A stretch of 19,467 bases of DNA from Candidatus Bathyarchaeia archaeon (lineage in GTDB: Archaea > Thermoproteota > Bathyarchaeia > Bathyarchaeales > Bathycorpusculaceae): positions 1 through 19,467 of the forward strand of contig JAVZLK010000017.1 of assembly GCA_038883795.1 (NCBI GenBank), given 5' to 3'. Position 1 is the first letter of the stretch. Each line of letters starts with the position of its first letter. Below, piece after piece: positions 8,037 through 17,836 of this stretch. Both the position numbers and the translations under genes were made by a program. The notes beneath the pieces are model-generated. The model was not told the origin of the DNA and did not search any database. It saw nothing but the letters and a program-made list of their open reading frames with translations.

Positions 8037-8570
8037 TTATTCCCGAGCATGCTTAACGATGTGAGATGCTTCGGGCAATATAAGCTTTTCAAAACAAAGC
8101 CTCACAGCATCAGGTGAACCAGGAATACAGAAGAAGACTTTACCCTTAGCTACACCAGCCAAAGCCCGAGACAAAACAGCAGCAGAACCAATCTCATCAT
8201 AACTTAAACGCCTAAAAATCTCACCAAATCCAGGCAAAACCTTCTCCAAAAACGGCGAAAGGGCTTCAATTGTTATATCCGATGGGGCTATGCCTGTACC
8301 ACCGCAAAATATAACGGCATCCAAATCAGCATCGGCTAAAGCTTGTTTTATGCCTTCTTCAATTAGGGCTTTATCGTCTGGAATAAGCCTTCGCAAAATC
8401 ACCCTGTGCCCAGCCTTTTTCAAAAACGCTTCAATCAAATCTCCAGAGATATCTGTCACCTTTTCGCCCCTTTTTAGTTGTTGATAGCGGGATGTGCTGC
8501 ACGTGAAAATGGCAAATTTCAATTTTCTAGGCGCTTCAGCCTTGTGTTTTTTTGCGCTTTTGCTCATCAC
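8037..8570 (-). CDS. moaB: molybdopterin adenylyltransferase, MoaB/MogA family
   Basis: DISG, IPDD, GGTGIAPSDITIEA, LPGFGEIFR, LSRALAG, PGSPDAV. Confidence 0.93.
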   Translation of the reverse strand: MMSKSAKKHKAEAPRKLKFAIFTCSTSRYQQLKRGEKVTDISGDLIEAFLKKAGHRVILRRLIPDDKALIEEGIKQALADADLDAVIFCGGTGIAPSDITIEALSPFLEKVLPGFGEIFRRLSYDEIGSAAVLSRALAGVAKGKVFFCIPGSPDAVRLCFEKLILPEASHIVKHARE

Positions 8571-8597
8571 TAACTCCTTCCTCGTTTTCTGACAATT

Positions 8598-8605
8598 TAT
8601 TTAAA
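8598..8605 (-). promoter_or_regulatory. putative TATA box for moaB-moaA
   Basis: TTTAAATA on the minus strand about 28 nt upstream of the moaB start. Confidence 0.5.
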
Positions 8606-8624
8606 GGGCTTATTGTTATTATTT

Positions 8625-9608
8625 TTAACTTCCAAGTAAAAATCGAATAATAAATGGGCGACTCCTCCACTTGGCTTTTAAAACTCTCAATCCATATGCT
8701 ACAGCTATCATGAAGAACGACATAACAATATAAATAAGCAAGAATGTTTGGAGATCCACCTCTAACCATATGCCTGCAATGATCCATCGAATTAAAAAGA
8801 GATGCAGTATATACATAAAAAGGGAAGACTCGCCCAGAACCTGAAGCGGCTTATATATGATAAGGGAAGGTTTGTAGTCCACTATAGAAAATAAGATAAG
8901 AATTACCCCAATGGCGCTAATTACAAATCCAATGGATGGCCAACTGTAATAGTAAAAAGTAAGCCACCATGTAATGCCACCCAAAGTTAAGATGGTGACG
9001 CCTATTAAGAAGGTGACATTTCTTTTCAGCATAATAGGCGATTTATATTTCCAGCGTAGATTAGCAAGGTTTACGCCTAGTAAAGAAAATCCTAACCATG
9101 GAAATATAGGAAACCAACCGTCAACAATCAAGCGGTGGACAACATAATCTGTGTACTTTAAAAATTCTTGAAGCAAAGGCGTAAACGAAAAAAGGGAAAT
9201 CACAGTAAGCCACTGGGAAAAAGCGTTTAAACGCGAGAAAAGATATGCTATGGGCAATGAGGTACCGATTAGATAAAGTATCTGAAAAAACATGAAGGGA
9301 TTACTTTTAAATATAATCACTTCAATAAGTGCTCCAACAATTATAAGTAAGATTCCGCGAGCCAAGAAGTATTTTAACTTGTGACCTTTCGTTTGAGTTG
9401 TAAAAGCAACCATCATCCCAGCGATTACAATAAATAATGGAGCAGCCCATGCATTATAAAGAACAAGCCAAAAAGGATAAGGTTCAACCGATAACACGGT
9501 AGGTAAATTACCGCAAACCATAAAAAGAACAGCCAATCCTCGCAAAATATCTATTGTTACATCTCTTTTATAATTTTGCAAAAATATGCGCCTTTTTCGA
9601 TTCATCAC
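8625..9608 (-). CDS. DUF1624 / heparan-alpha-glucosaminide N-acetyltransferase-like polytopic membrane protein
   Basis: RDVTIDILRGLAVLFM, APLF..IAG, FPIFPWLGF, LGESSLFMYILH; about 9-10 hydrophobic helices. Confidence 0.85.
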   Translation of the reverse strand: MMNRKRRIFLQNYKRDVTIDILRGLAVLFMVCGNLPTVLSVEPYPFWLVLYNAWAAPLFIVIAGMMVAFTTQTKGHKLKYFLARGILLIIVGALIEVIIFKSNPFMFFQILYLIGTSLPIAYLFSRLNAFSQWLTVISLFSFTPLLQEFLKYTDYVVHRLIVDGWFPIFPWLGFSLLGVNLANLRWKYKSPIMLKRNVTFLIGVTILTLGGITWWLTFYYYSWPSIGFVISAIGVILILFSIVDYKPSLIIYKPLQVLGESSLFMYILHLFLIRWIIAGIWLEVDLQTFLLIYIVMSFFMIAVAYGLRVLKAKWRSRPFIIRFLLGS

Positions 9609-9646
9609 TTCTTTCTAGAGTGCATACTGTAAGTAGTAACTGACCA

Positions 9647-10090
9647 TCACAGAACCTTATTTTTCATCTTTCTCAATACACGAATGTCCTCAATAACTGT
9701 TGACGGATATTGTCCCAACTCATCTTTCTCATACTGCTTCACCATATCCCAAATTGTTAAGAGACTAACGGCAGTAGCCACCAAGGCTTCCATTTCAACC
9801 CCTGTCTGTGCTTTCGTTTTAACTGTGGAGACAACGCGCACTTTTGAATTTTTCAAAATCTCTATTTCAACTTCCACATTGGTTAGTGGTAGCGGATGGC
9901 ATAGGGGGATTAGGCCGCTCGTCTTTTTTGCAGCCAAAATCCCAGCAATTTTAGCCGTGTATAAAGGGTCTCCCTTCGCTATTTTACCCTCCTTAATTAG
10001 GCGTATAGTTTCAGTTTTTAGCTTGATTGTGCCTGTGGCGGTTGCTTCACGAAAGACTTCCGGTTTAGTGGAAACATCAATCATCGCCAT
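9647..10090 (-). CDS. moaC: cyclic pyranopterin monophosphate synthase
   Basis: MIDVSTK, AGILAAKKTSGLIPLCHP, TGVEMEAL, TIWDMVK. Confidence 0.97.
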   Translation of the reverse strand: MAMIDVSTKPEVFREATATGTIKLKTETIRLIKEGKIAKGDPLYTAKIAGILAAKKTSGLIPLCHPLPLTNVEVEIEILKNSKVRVVSTVKTKAQTGVEMEALVATAVSLLTIWDMVKQYEKDELGQYPSTVIEDIRVLRKMKNKVL

Positions 10091-10099
10091 ATTTTCGCC

Positions 10100-10792
10100 T
10101 CACGTTTCTTCAGTTTTAAAGTTTGAGAGGGAAAGCTGCCTCTTTTCCGTTATGTTTTCTACCGTGGCTGGTTGCTGAGGAGCTTTCCCAGAAAGAATCT
10201 TTAGGCTTTCTTCTTGAAGTTCTCGCAGAATCTGGCGCATCTCATCAACCTTCTTTTCCAAACCAATTAAAGCGGCTCGAAAATCATCTACGCGTCCTAA
10301 AACATATTTGATGAGGGGTTCAATATCCTCCTTTGCTTTTATGCTTATAACTGAGCTTTTGGCTTCGGAAGCCCTCTTGAAATTTATTATCGCATCTATA
10401 AGCGGGGAAGGATTATCCCTAACTTCTCGCATGAGAAAAAGGAAATCCGAACCATCAGTTAGGGCTCTTCTTAAATGCTCAAAGGCTAAGCGAGAATTTG
10501 CCATGGGGTCTGGCGTGTTTTGGAGGAGAATATCCTTGTATGTTGTTAGGGCTTGGGTTAGGTTTTTACTTTTAGATTTTATGGTGTAAGCCCTTTCTGG
10601 TTTGAGAATGAGCATAAGCGCTTCGCTGTTTGCCACCAAATCCTTTAAGCGGTTAATATAGTTTTCAGTTTTTCCTAGCAATTCTGATGGCGCAAGTTTT
10701 TCGGAAAGAATGCCGCTGGCTATGTCGCTTGCAATCTTCTGCAAAATTCCTTCAAACTCACCTATTTTCCCGCCAAACTCTTCTTTAATCAC
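10100..10792 (-). CDS. hypothetical alpha-helical/coiled-coil protein with C-terminal PIP-box-like motif
   Basis: 230-aa ORF tightly packed in the operon; heptad pattern at about aa 160-200; C-terminus KRQLSLSNFKTEET. Confidence 0.8.
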   Translation of the reverse strand: MIKEEFGGKIGEFEGILQKIASDIASGILSEKLAPSELLGKTENYINRLKDLVANSEALMLILKPERAYTIKSKSKNLTQALTTYKDILLQNTPDPMANSRLAFEHLRRALTDGSDFLFLMREVRDNPSPLIDAIINFKRASEAKSSVISIKAKEDIEPLIKYVLGRVDDFRAALIGLEKKVDEMRQILRELQEESLKILSGKAPQQPATVENITEKRQLSLSNFKTEET

Positions 10793-10823
10793 CTTTCACA
10801 CCACTTAGAAAATAGTTAAGGGC

Positions 10824-11096
10824 TTATGGTTTATTTGTGTGTTCCCAGATATCCAAGAGGTTTTGAATTGCTTTAGCCTTAGGCGAGTTTTCATTAACCC
10901 TATAAAGGCGGATTCTTCCAAAAATTTTGTGACGAACAATACCTTCTTCCTCTAAAATCTTTAGATGCTTAATTGTAGCGTTGTAGTTCACATTTAATCG
11001 GCGGGCAATTTCAGAAACATTAAGCTCGCCCATCTGCACTAAAATTTTCAAAATTTTCATTCTAAGCCTTGAAGAGAAAAAATTCTCCACATTCAT
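10824..11096 (-). CDS. ArsR-like winged-helix protein
   Basis: FSSRLRMKILKIL...ELNVSEIARRLNVNYNATIKHLKILEEEGIV...GRIRLY; 6 nt downstream of cdc6. Confidence 0.88.
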   Translation of the reverse strand: MNVENFFSSRLRMKILKILVQMGELNVSEIARRLNVNYNATIKHLKILEEEGIVRHKIFGRIRLYRVNENSPKAKAIQNLLDIWEHTNKP

Positions 11097-11102
11097 AACC
11101 TT

Positions 11103-12293
11103 TCACGCTTCTTTTCCTTCTAAGAGAAAACTTAATTCTTTTTCCATTTCATGAGCTGGGATTCGTGGCAAATAAATAATTGTAGACCGTCCACGCGAAC
11201 CTGCAGCAGAAACTTCTGTGGTTACTATGCCTAAAGCAGAGAGGAGTTGCAGATACTTCCATAACTGTGTGTGGCTATGTGGCGGTTCACGAAATTCTTC
11301 GCAAACAATTTTGTAGGCTTTTTCTGCTTCTCCCAGCGAAACAAAAGCCCTTTCGCTTTCTTTCAAAAGTCTCGCTATGCCAAGCAAGAAAAGTTTTTCA
11401 TGAAAACCTAAAGGAGCCAAATCGCTTTTGCGCATGGTTGGAATTATGCTTGAAACAGCCTTTCGAATGCATTCCGGCGTAACTTCGCCTAAATCTTCAG
11501 CATCAGCATATTTTCCAGCCCTCCAAAGCAGTTCAATGGCGAAACGGGCGTTTCCACCCTCTGAATAGGCAAGTTCAGCTATCAAATCTACAGAATCTTC
11601 GCTTACCATTAATGGCTTAAAGGCTAGGGAAATACGGTCATTAAGAATGTCTATTAACTGGGACTTGGAGTATTTTTCAAGCCGAATTAGGTTAGACTGC
11701 AAAGTGCTTCTGGTGCTGGCATCTAAACGTTCAATTACGCCTAAGTTTCTCAAAATGCATATTAGCGAAAGCCTCTGGGGCTTATTTTGCCTAATTTCTT
11801 GTAACCGCGTAAGCTTGTAAACAGCTTCGGAACCTTCCCTTTCAACTAAACTCTCAAACTCATCGAGGGTTAAAATTACATAAGCATTTTCATCATCCAA
11901 AACTTGCAAGAAAATGCGGAGAAGCTCCTCTGCCGAGTAGCCGCGCCTTGGAAAGTTTGGATGAAAAGAGGAAATTGCATGATGAAGGATTAGAAGGAGG
12001 TTTCCCCGATATTCACGACAATTAACATGCACGTAACGTAGGTTTATCCCACGTTCCTTCGCTTCTCTGGTTATATCGGCTCCGAAACGTTGGGAAAGAA
12101 CCGTTTTGCCAGTGCCAATATCGCCGGCTATCATGACTCTTTGAGCCATACTCCATGGAGACTGCCATATAAAACTGAAAAACTCCTTGAGTAGGCGGAG
12201 TTCTTTATCTCTGTGTGGAAGCCTATAAGGAACATAGTTTATGTCAAGCTTTGTCTCGTCTCTGAATACGCTGCGGCGATACGACACTAACAA
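11103..12293 (-). CDS. cdc6: ORC1-type DNA replication protein Cdc6/Orc1
   Basis: YVPYRLPHRD, Walker A GDIGTGKT, VHVNC, Walker B LTLDEFE, sensor II GNARFAIELL, C-terminal winged helix HTQLWKYLQLL...GSRGRST. GTG at 12287 is an alternative start. Confidence 0.96.
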   Translation of the reverse strand: MLVSYRRSVFRDETKLDINYVPYRLPHRDKELRLLKEFFSFIWQSPWSMAQRVMIAGDIGTGKTVLSQRFGADITREAKERGINLRYVHVNCREYRGNLLLILHHAISSFHPNFPRRGYSAEELLRIFLQVLDDENAYVILTLDEFESLVEREGSEAVYKLTRLQEIRQNKPQRLSLICILRNLGVIERLDASTRSTLQSNLIRLEKYSKSQLIDILNDRISLAFKPLMVSEDSVDLIAELAYSEGGNARFAIELLWRAGKYADAEDLGEVTPECIRKAVSSIIPTMRKSDLAPLGFHEKLFLLGIARLLKESERAFVSLGEAEKAYKIVCEEFREPPHSHTQLWKYLQLLSALGIVTTEVSAAGSRGRSTIIYLPRIPAHEMEKELSFLLEGKEA

Positions 12294-12405
12294 GACCTCA
12301 AAACTAATTATGCATAAAGCTTTGTTATTCTTTTCCCCAGATTCGCATAAAATCTAACAAAAAACTAATAAACGCATTTTATTAATTCTATTGCGAAAAA
12401 GCAAA

Positions 12406-12960
12406 ATGATTCCCAAATATTTGTTTTTAACAAAAGGCGTCGGCAAACACAAGGAGCAACTGCAATCCTTCGAATTAGCCCTAAGAAATGCAGGAATACA
12501 GCATTGCAACATAGTAAACGTTTCAAGCATAATACCGCCAGGCTGCAAACTCATCAGCAGGGAAAGAGGCCTAAAAATGCTGAAACCAGGCGAAATAACA
12601 TTTGTTGTCATAGCTAGAAACTCAACTAATGAGCCGCATAGGCTTATTGCCGCTTCTATAGGAGTAGCCATCCCCTCGGGCAAAAGCCAATATGGATATC
12701 TCTCTGAACACCACTCTTTTGGACAAACGGATGAGGCAGCTGGAGATTACGCGGAGGATTTGGCTGCAACCATGTTGGCTACAACCATGGGAATACCCTT
12801 TGACCCGCAAACCGCTTGGGATGAGAGAAAACAGCTTTTCAAAACCACAGGACTAATAATTAAGACCACCAACGTAACGCAGTCGGCAACTGGCGACAAA
12901 AATGGTTTATGGACAACGGTTATTGCGGCGGCGGTCTTTGTTCCAGAAAAAAGACGTTAA
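12406..12960 (+). CDS. pdaD: pyruvoyl-dependent arginine decarboxylase
   Basis: [35 protein letters not shown] self-cleavage site, [11 protein letters not shown] at 12406 lies about 21 nt downstream of TTTATTAA (probably leaderless). Confidence 0.93.
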   Translation: MIPKYLFLTKGVGKHKEQLQSFELALRNAGIQHCNIVNVSSIIPPGCKLISRERGLKMLKPGEITFVVIARNSTNEPHRLIAASIGVAIPSGKSQYGYLSEHHSFGQTDEAAGDYAEDLAATMLATTMGIPFDPQTAWDERKQLFKTTGLIIKTTNVTQSATGDKNGLWTTVIAAAVFVPEKRR

Positions 12961-13041
12961 CGCGCTTAGCAGCTTAATTACAATAAGTATCCAATTTTTT
13001 ATTCTAAAACAATATTAAGAGTTAACGTTAACGCTAGATAG

Positions 13042-13737
<696 letters not shown>

Positions 13738-13750
13738 GAGCGAAACGGCA

Positions 13751-14632
13751 TTGAAGGTTGAAGCCGAATGCGCCGCATGCGTAATCAGCAGAGCAGCAGC
13801 GGAAGCCATGGAAGCCACAACAAACCCTGCCCTACGCTTTAGAGCAATGGCAGAAGTAATTAGATTTCTAAACAAGGAGTTCAAACCAAACGCCGTTCCA
13901 GCAGACCTCGGTACAAAAAGGGACCGCATTATAAAATGGGTTTCTGGAAACGAAGACCCATACGAGAGAAATAAACGGATAAGCAACGAAAAAGCCCTAA
14001 AAATTCTGCCTTTCGCCAAAAAAATTGTAGAAGAAGGCTATGCACAGGAAGATAGATTTAAGAGGGCAGTTTTATGCAGCATCGTCGGCAATGTTATTGA
14101 ATTTGACATTCCCGGCCACAAGTTCACTTTTGGTAGCATCAGAAAGCTTTTCAGAAATGCTGCTAAAGATTTAGCCATTGATGATACGGGTAAAATTTAT
14201 GAATTGGCAAAAAAGGCCACAAAAATCCTTTACTTGACAGACAATGCAGGCGAAATTGTCTTTGACACATTGCTTGTTGAACAGTTGAAGAACATGGGCG
14301 TTAACGTGATCGTGGCTGTTAAAGATAAACCAGTAATTAATGATGCAACATTGGAGGATGCAGAAGTTTCTGGAATGAAAAAAATTGCTGACAAAGTAAT
14401 TACTACAGGAACAGACGCGGTGGGCTTAGCCATAAACGAAGTCTCGAAAGAATTTCTGGAAGCCTACAATAGTGTGGATTTAGTTTTCGCCAAGGGCATG
14501 GGATATGCCGAAACATTAACAGAATATAAGCTAAAAAAGCCCCACGCATTATTTTTCAGAACCAAATGTAACCCAGTTGCAAACTTTTTTGCAGTAGCAA
14601 GGGAGAAAAACGTTGCAAAATTGATGATGTAA
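13751..14632 (+). CDS. DUF89/ARMT1-like damage-control metabolite phosphatase
   Basis: N-terminal CxxC (ECAAC), DPY..K, GNVIEF, DNAGEIVFD, INDAT, KGMG, C-terminal KC. Start placed at TTG 13751 after AGGAG. Confidence 0.9.
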   Translation: MKVEAECAACVISRAAAEAMEATTNPALRFRAMAEVIRFLNKEFKPNAVPADLGTKRDRIIKWVSGNEDPYERNKRISNEKALKILPFAKKIVEEGYAQEDRFKRAVLCSIVGNVIEFDIPGHKFTFGSIRKLFRNAAKDLAIDDTGKIYELAKKATKILYLTDNAGEIVFDTLLVEQLKNMGVNVIVAVKDKPVINDATLEDAEVSGMKKIADKVITTGTDAVGLAINEVSKEFLEAYNSVDLVFAKGMGYAETLTEYKLKKPHALFFRTKCNPVANFFAVAREKNVAKLMM

Positions 14633-16717
14633 ATGAAGCTGCCATCGATAAGCCTAAACAGCGAAAAACTTTCGCGTTTTGAAGAGGCAATAAAGCAAGA
14701 ATGGATTATAACAAATGGTTTAGGCGGATATGCTTCTTCCACGGTTTTGGGCATAAACACGAGAAAATATCACGGGTTGCTCGTAGCTGCTTTTAGTCCG
14801 CCGGGAGACCGCAGAGTGTGCCTAGAAAAACTGGATGAGGAATTAACCATTGGAAACAGCATTTATCCATTGGGCGCCAACGAGTTTAAGAACGGAATTT
14901 TTCCGAAAGGATATTTGTTCTTGAAGGAGTTTTCTGTTTTGCCATTCCCAAAATATGTTTATGCTGTGCAAAATGTTGAAATTCAAAAAGCAATTTTTAT
15001 GCCATATAAGAAAAATGCAGTTTTAATACTTTATAAAATTTTGAATGGAAGTGGTTCAAACGTTAAAATTAGGGTTTTTCCGCTTGTAAACTTTAGGCAC
15101 ATGCACGCTGTGACGGATAGATGGAAAATTTTTGGAAAATTCACCCAGAAACAAGAAGGCAAAGAAGTGGAACTATGCTTCAGCAATTCCCAGTCTGTGC
15201 TTATGATGAAAACAACAAGCGGTCATTATTGTGCCGATGAAAAGTGGATTGAAAAAATCTTTTACCGTGAAGAAGCACTTCGAGGAGAAACATGCATAGA
15301 CGACTGTTTTCAACCGGGATATGTGGAAGTGGAGACAAAGGCTGGTGCAAGTGGGAAGTTTGCAATAATTTTTGTTGCAAGCGAAAACGAAACTGAGGTT
15401 AAAAAGTGCGTTGATGAGATGCCATGTTCAGTATATGATGCAGAAGCCCTATGTGAAAGAGAAATGGAGCGCCGCGAAAATTTTCTGGCAAAATTTTACG
15501 AAGAACACGTAGGAATTCATGAAAATGAATGGTTGAATTGGGTTCTTTTGGCAACAGACGCTTTCATAGTTAAAGGAATAAGCGAATCGGAGAGAGCTGT
15601 TATTGCGGGTTACCACTGGTTTGAAGCTTGGGGAAGAGACACTTTCATTGCCATGCCGGGCTTGATGCTCGTGACTGGAAGGTTTGAGGATGCAAGGAAA
15701 ACTTTCACAACTTTCCAAAAATATTGTAAAGATGGTTTAATCCCAAACTTTTTGCCAGAATATTCAAAAGAACCCGCCTATAATACGGTTGATGCAACTT
15801 TATGGTTTGTTAACGCTGTACTACAATATTTGAAGTACACAAGCGATTTCAAATTCGTTCAAGAACAGTTGTGGAACACCTTAAAATTAATCATGGAAAA
15901 CCACATCAAGGGAACAGTTTTGGGCATACGCTTAGATGCTGACGGATTGCTCTTTCATAATCCACAATTGACATGGATGGACGCTGTTGTGGATGGTCAA
16001 CCAGTAACCCCAAGAGGCGGAAAAGCCGTTGAAGTTCAAGCCTTATGGTATAATGCGCTGAGGGTTATGGAAATTTTGGCAAACAAGTTTAAAGAAAAGG
16101 GTGAAGCGGAAAAATACGCAAATATTGCTGAGAAAGCGAAAAAAAGTTTTGTTGAAAAGTTTTGGAATGCCGAAAAGAACTGCTTGTTCGATGTTGTAGG
16201 CGAGAATGGGAAGGATGCCTCTTTAAGGCCTAATCAAATAATTGCTGTAGCCCTAGACTTTACAATGCTTGACAAAGCAAAAAGCGAGAAAATAGTGGAT
16301 GTTGTGCAACGGGAACTTTTAACGCCCTATGGCTTAAGAACCCTGGCAAGAAATGACCCAAAATATGTGGGAGTTTACAGTGGCGACAGAAGAAGCAGAG
16401 ACGAAGCCTATCACAACGGTACTGTTTGGCCTTGGCTATTGGGTCCATTCACAAAAGCCTATTTGAAAGCAAAGGGTTACGGAGATTTTGGGCGAGAATA
16501 CGCCTTAAAGAATTTCCTCTTACCCTTATTTACTCATCAGCCTTTTATGGCTGGACTTGGCGCAATAAGCGAAATTTTTGACGGAGAACCGCCTCACACG
16601 CCGAGGGGGTGCATAGCCCAAGCGTGGAGCATAGCAGAACCATTAAGAGCTTACATAGAAGATATAATGCAAATCAGACCAAAATATGAAATGGAAATCT
16701 TGCAAATGTCAAGTTAA
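14633..16717 (+). CDS. glycogen debranching enzyme / amylo-alpha-1,6-glucosidase (archaeal type)
   Basis: EWIITNGLGGYAS, TRKYHGLL, IAGYHWFEAWGRDTFI, NTVDATLWF, LTWMDA, RPNQ, YHNGTVWPWL, SEIFDG, AQAWS. Confidence 0.95.
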   Translation: MKLPSISLNSEKLSRFEEAIKQEWIITNGLGGYASSTVLGINTRKYHGLLVAAFSPPGDRRVCLEKLDEELTIGNSIYPLGANEFKNGIFPKGYLFLKEFSVLPFPKYVYAVQNVEIQKAIFMPYKKNAVLILYKILNGSGSNVKIRVFPLVNFRHMHAVTDRWKIFGKFTQKQEGKEVELCFSNSQSVLMMKTTSGHYCADEKWIEKIFYREEALRGETCIDDCFQPGYVEVETKAGASGKFAIIFVASENETEVKKCVDEMPCSVYDAEALCEREMERRENFLAKFYEEHVGIHENEWLNWVLLATDAFIVKGISESERAVIAGYHWFEAWGRDTFIAMPGLMLVTGRFEDARKTFTTFQKYCKDGLIPNFLPEYSKEPAYNTVDATLWFVNAVLQYLKYTSDFKFVQEQLWNTLKLIMENHIKGTVLGIRLDADGLLFHNPQLTWMDAVVDGQPVTPRGGKAVEVQALWYNALRVMEILANKFKEKGEAEKYANIAEKAKKSFVEKFWNAEKNCLFDVVGENGKDASLRPNQIIAVALDFTMLDKAKSEKIVDVVQRELLTPYGLRTLARNDPKYVGVYSGDRRSRDEAYHNGTVWPWLLGPFTKAYLKAKGYGDFGREYALKNFLLPLFTHQPFMAGLGAISEIFDGEPPHTPRGCIAQAWSIAEPLRAYIEDIMQIRPKYEMEILQMSS

Positions 16718-17746
16718 AATTGTTTTTCTTAGGCTTTCTGCTGCAACTTCTGGCGTGACGGTGTTTATGTAGACTCCTGTGCTTTTCTCGAATCCAGCCC
16801 AAATAGCCAATTGCGGATAAACTTCTAAATGCCAATGATAATGCTGTTTTGCGTTTTTGTTTATTGCCAAATGAAAACCATAATTGTATGGCGGGTCATT
16901 AACTAAATATTTCAGCCCTTTAAGGCATGTTTTTAATGTTTCAGCAAAAATTTCCACCTCATTTTTTGACATTTCAAGCAGTGTGGCTTCATGTTTTTTT
17001 GGAAATATCCAAAGCTCCATTGGGTTTATACTTGCATATGGAGTGAAAACCAAAAAGTTGGCGTTTTCAAGAACAAGCCGCGGTCCATCCCTTTCCTTTT
17101 CTATGATATTGCAGAATACGCATTTTCCGTTTTGCTTCCAGAATTTTTTGCTTTCTCTCATTTCATCAGCAACAATTTTTGGAATAAAAGGTGTAGCAAT
17201 TATTTGGCTGTGGGCATGAGAAAGCGAAGCTCCAGCTTCTAAGCCGTGGTTTCTGAATATGGAAACATATTTCACGTAGGGTTTTGTTGAAAACTCGCGA
17301 AGTCTGTCAATGTAACCGTTAATGACATGTATTAGTTGTGAAGTTTCTGCGTCTGATGGATGTTCATCATGGTTTGGAGATTCAACCAAAACTTCATGAT
17401 GCCCCACAGCCACACCCAAATCCGGAGTTTTCAAAAACTGTTTTAGGCTTGTCCCTTCTTTTGGCGGGGTAAAGGCTGGATAAAGGTTTGGAACGCATCG
17501 AATAAGCCAATTTTTATGGCGAAAACCATTCTCATCCTTAACTTTTTTTATGCCCTTGCCAGATTTTAGGTAGACAAGAACGGCTGGAGGAGTCATGTTT
17601 TCGTTACCTGGACACATTGGGCAAACTCCAGCCTTAGCCTTCTGTCTCTCTTTTTTGGCGAAGTCTGTGGGGCGGCGACCACGTTCTGTGGCGATGACAA
17701 CCCAGCGGTCAAGCAAATAATCCTTACGAACTTCGTTATGAGTCAT
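16709..17746 (-). CDS. galT: galactose-1-phosphate uridylyltransferase family protein
   Basis: WVVIATERGRRP, CPMCPGNE, PNLYPA, GHHEVLVE, FRNHG..AGASLSHAHSQ, CVFC, HWHLE, AGFE. Confidence 0.9.
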   Translation of the reverse strand: MTHNEVRKDYLLDRWVVIATERGRRPTDFAKKERQKAKAGVCPMCPGNENMTPPAVLVYLKSGKGIKKVKDENGFRHKNWLIRCVPNLYPAFTPPKEGTSLKQFLKTPDLGVAVGHHEVLVESPNHDEHPSDAETSQLIHVINGYIDRLREFSTKPYVKYVSIFRNHGLEAGASLSHAHSQIIATPFIPKIVADEMRESKKFWKQNGKCVFCNIIEKERDGPRLVLENANFLVFTPYASINPMELWIFPKKHEATLLEMSKNEVEIFAETLKTCLKGLKYLVNDPPYNYGFHLAINKNAKQHYHWHLEVYPQLAIWAGFEKSTGVYINTVTPEVAAESLRKTILT

Positions 17747-17836
17747 GTCGAATTCCAGCAGTGTTAGGTTATGGTTCTAAAATGGATTTAGCATTTTCCA
17801 AAGTTCTCCGTTTTGTGCATACTTTTGGCGCAAAAA

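Noticed and set aside
9684-10178. 164-aa ORF antisense to moaC, and the other short antisense or alternate-frame ORFs in the track
   Set aside because: These are shadow ORFs of well-supported genes with no motifs or translation signals.
12294-12405. Replication origin next to cdc6
   Set aside because: The gap is AT-rich but only about 110 bp and has no ORB-like repeats (TCCA..GAAA with G-string). Two divergent promoters explain it.
17204-17218. GalT active site HAHSQ instead of HPHxQ
   Set aside because: Both histidines and the glutamine are intact, and variation at the middle residue occurs in the family.
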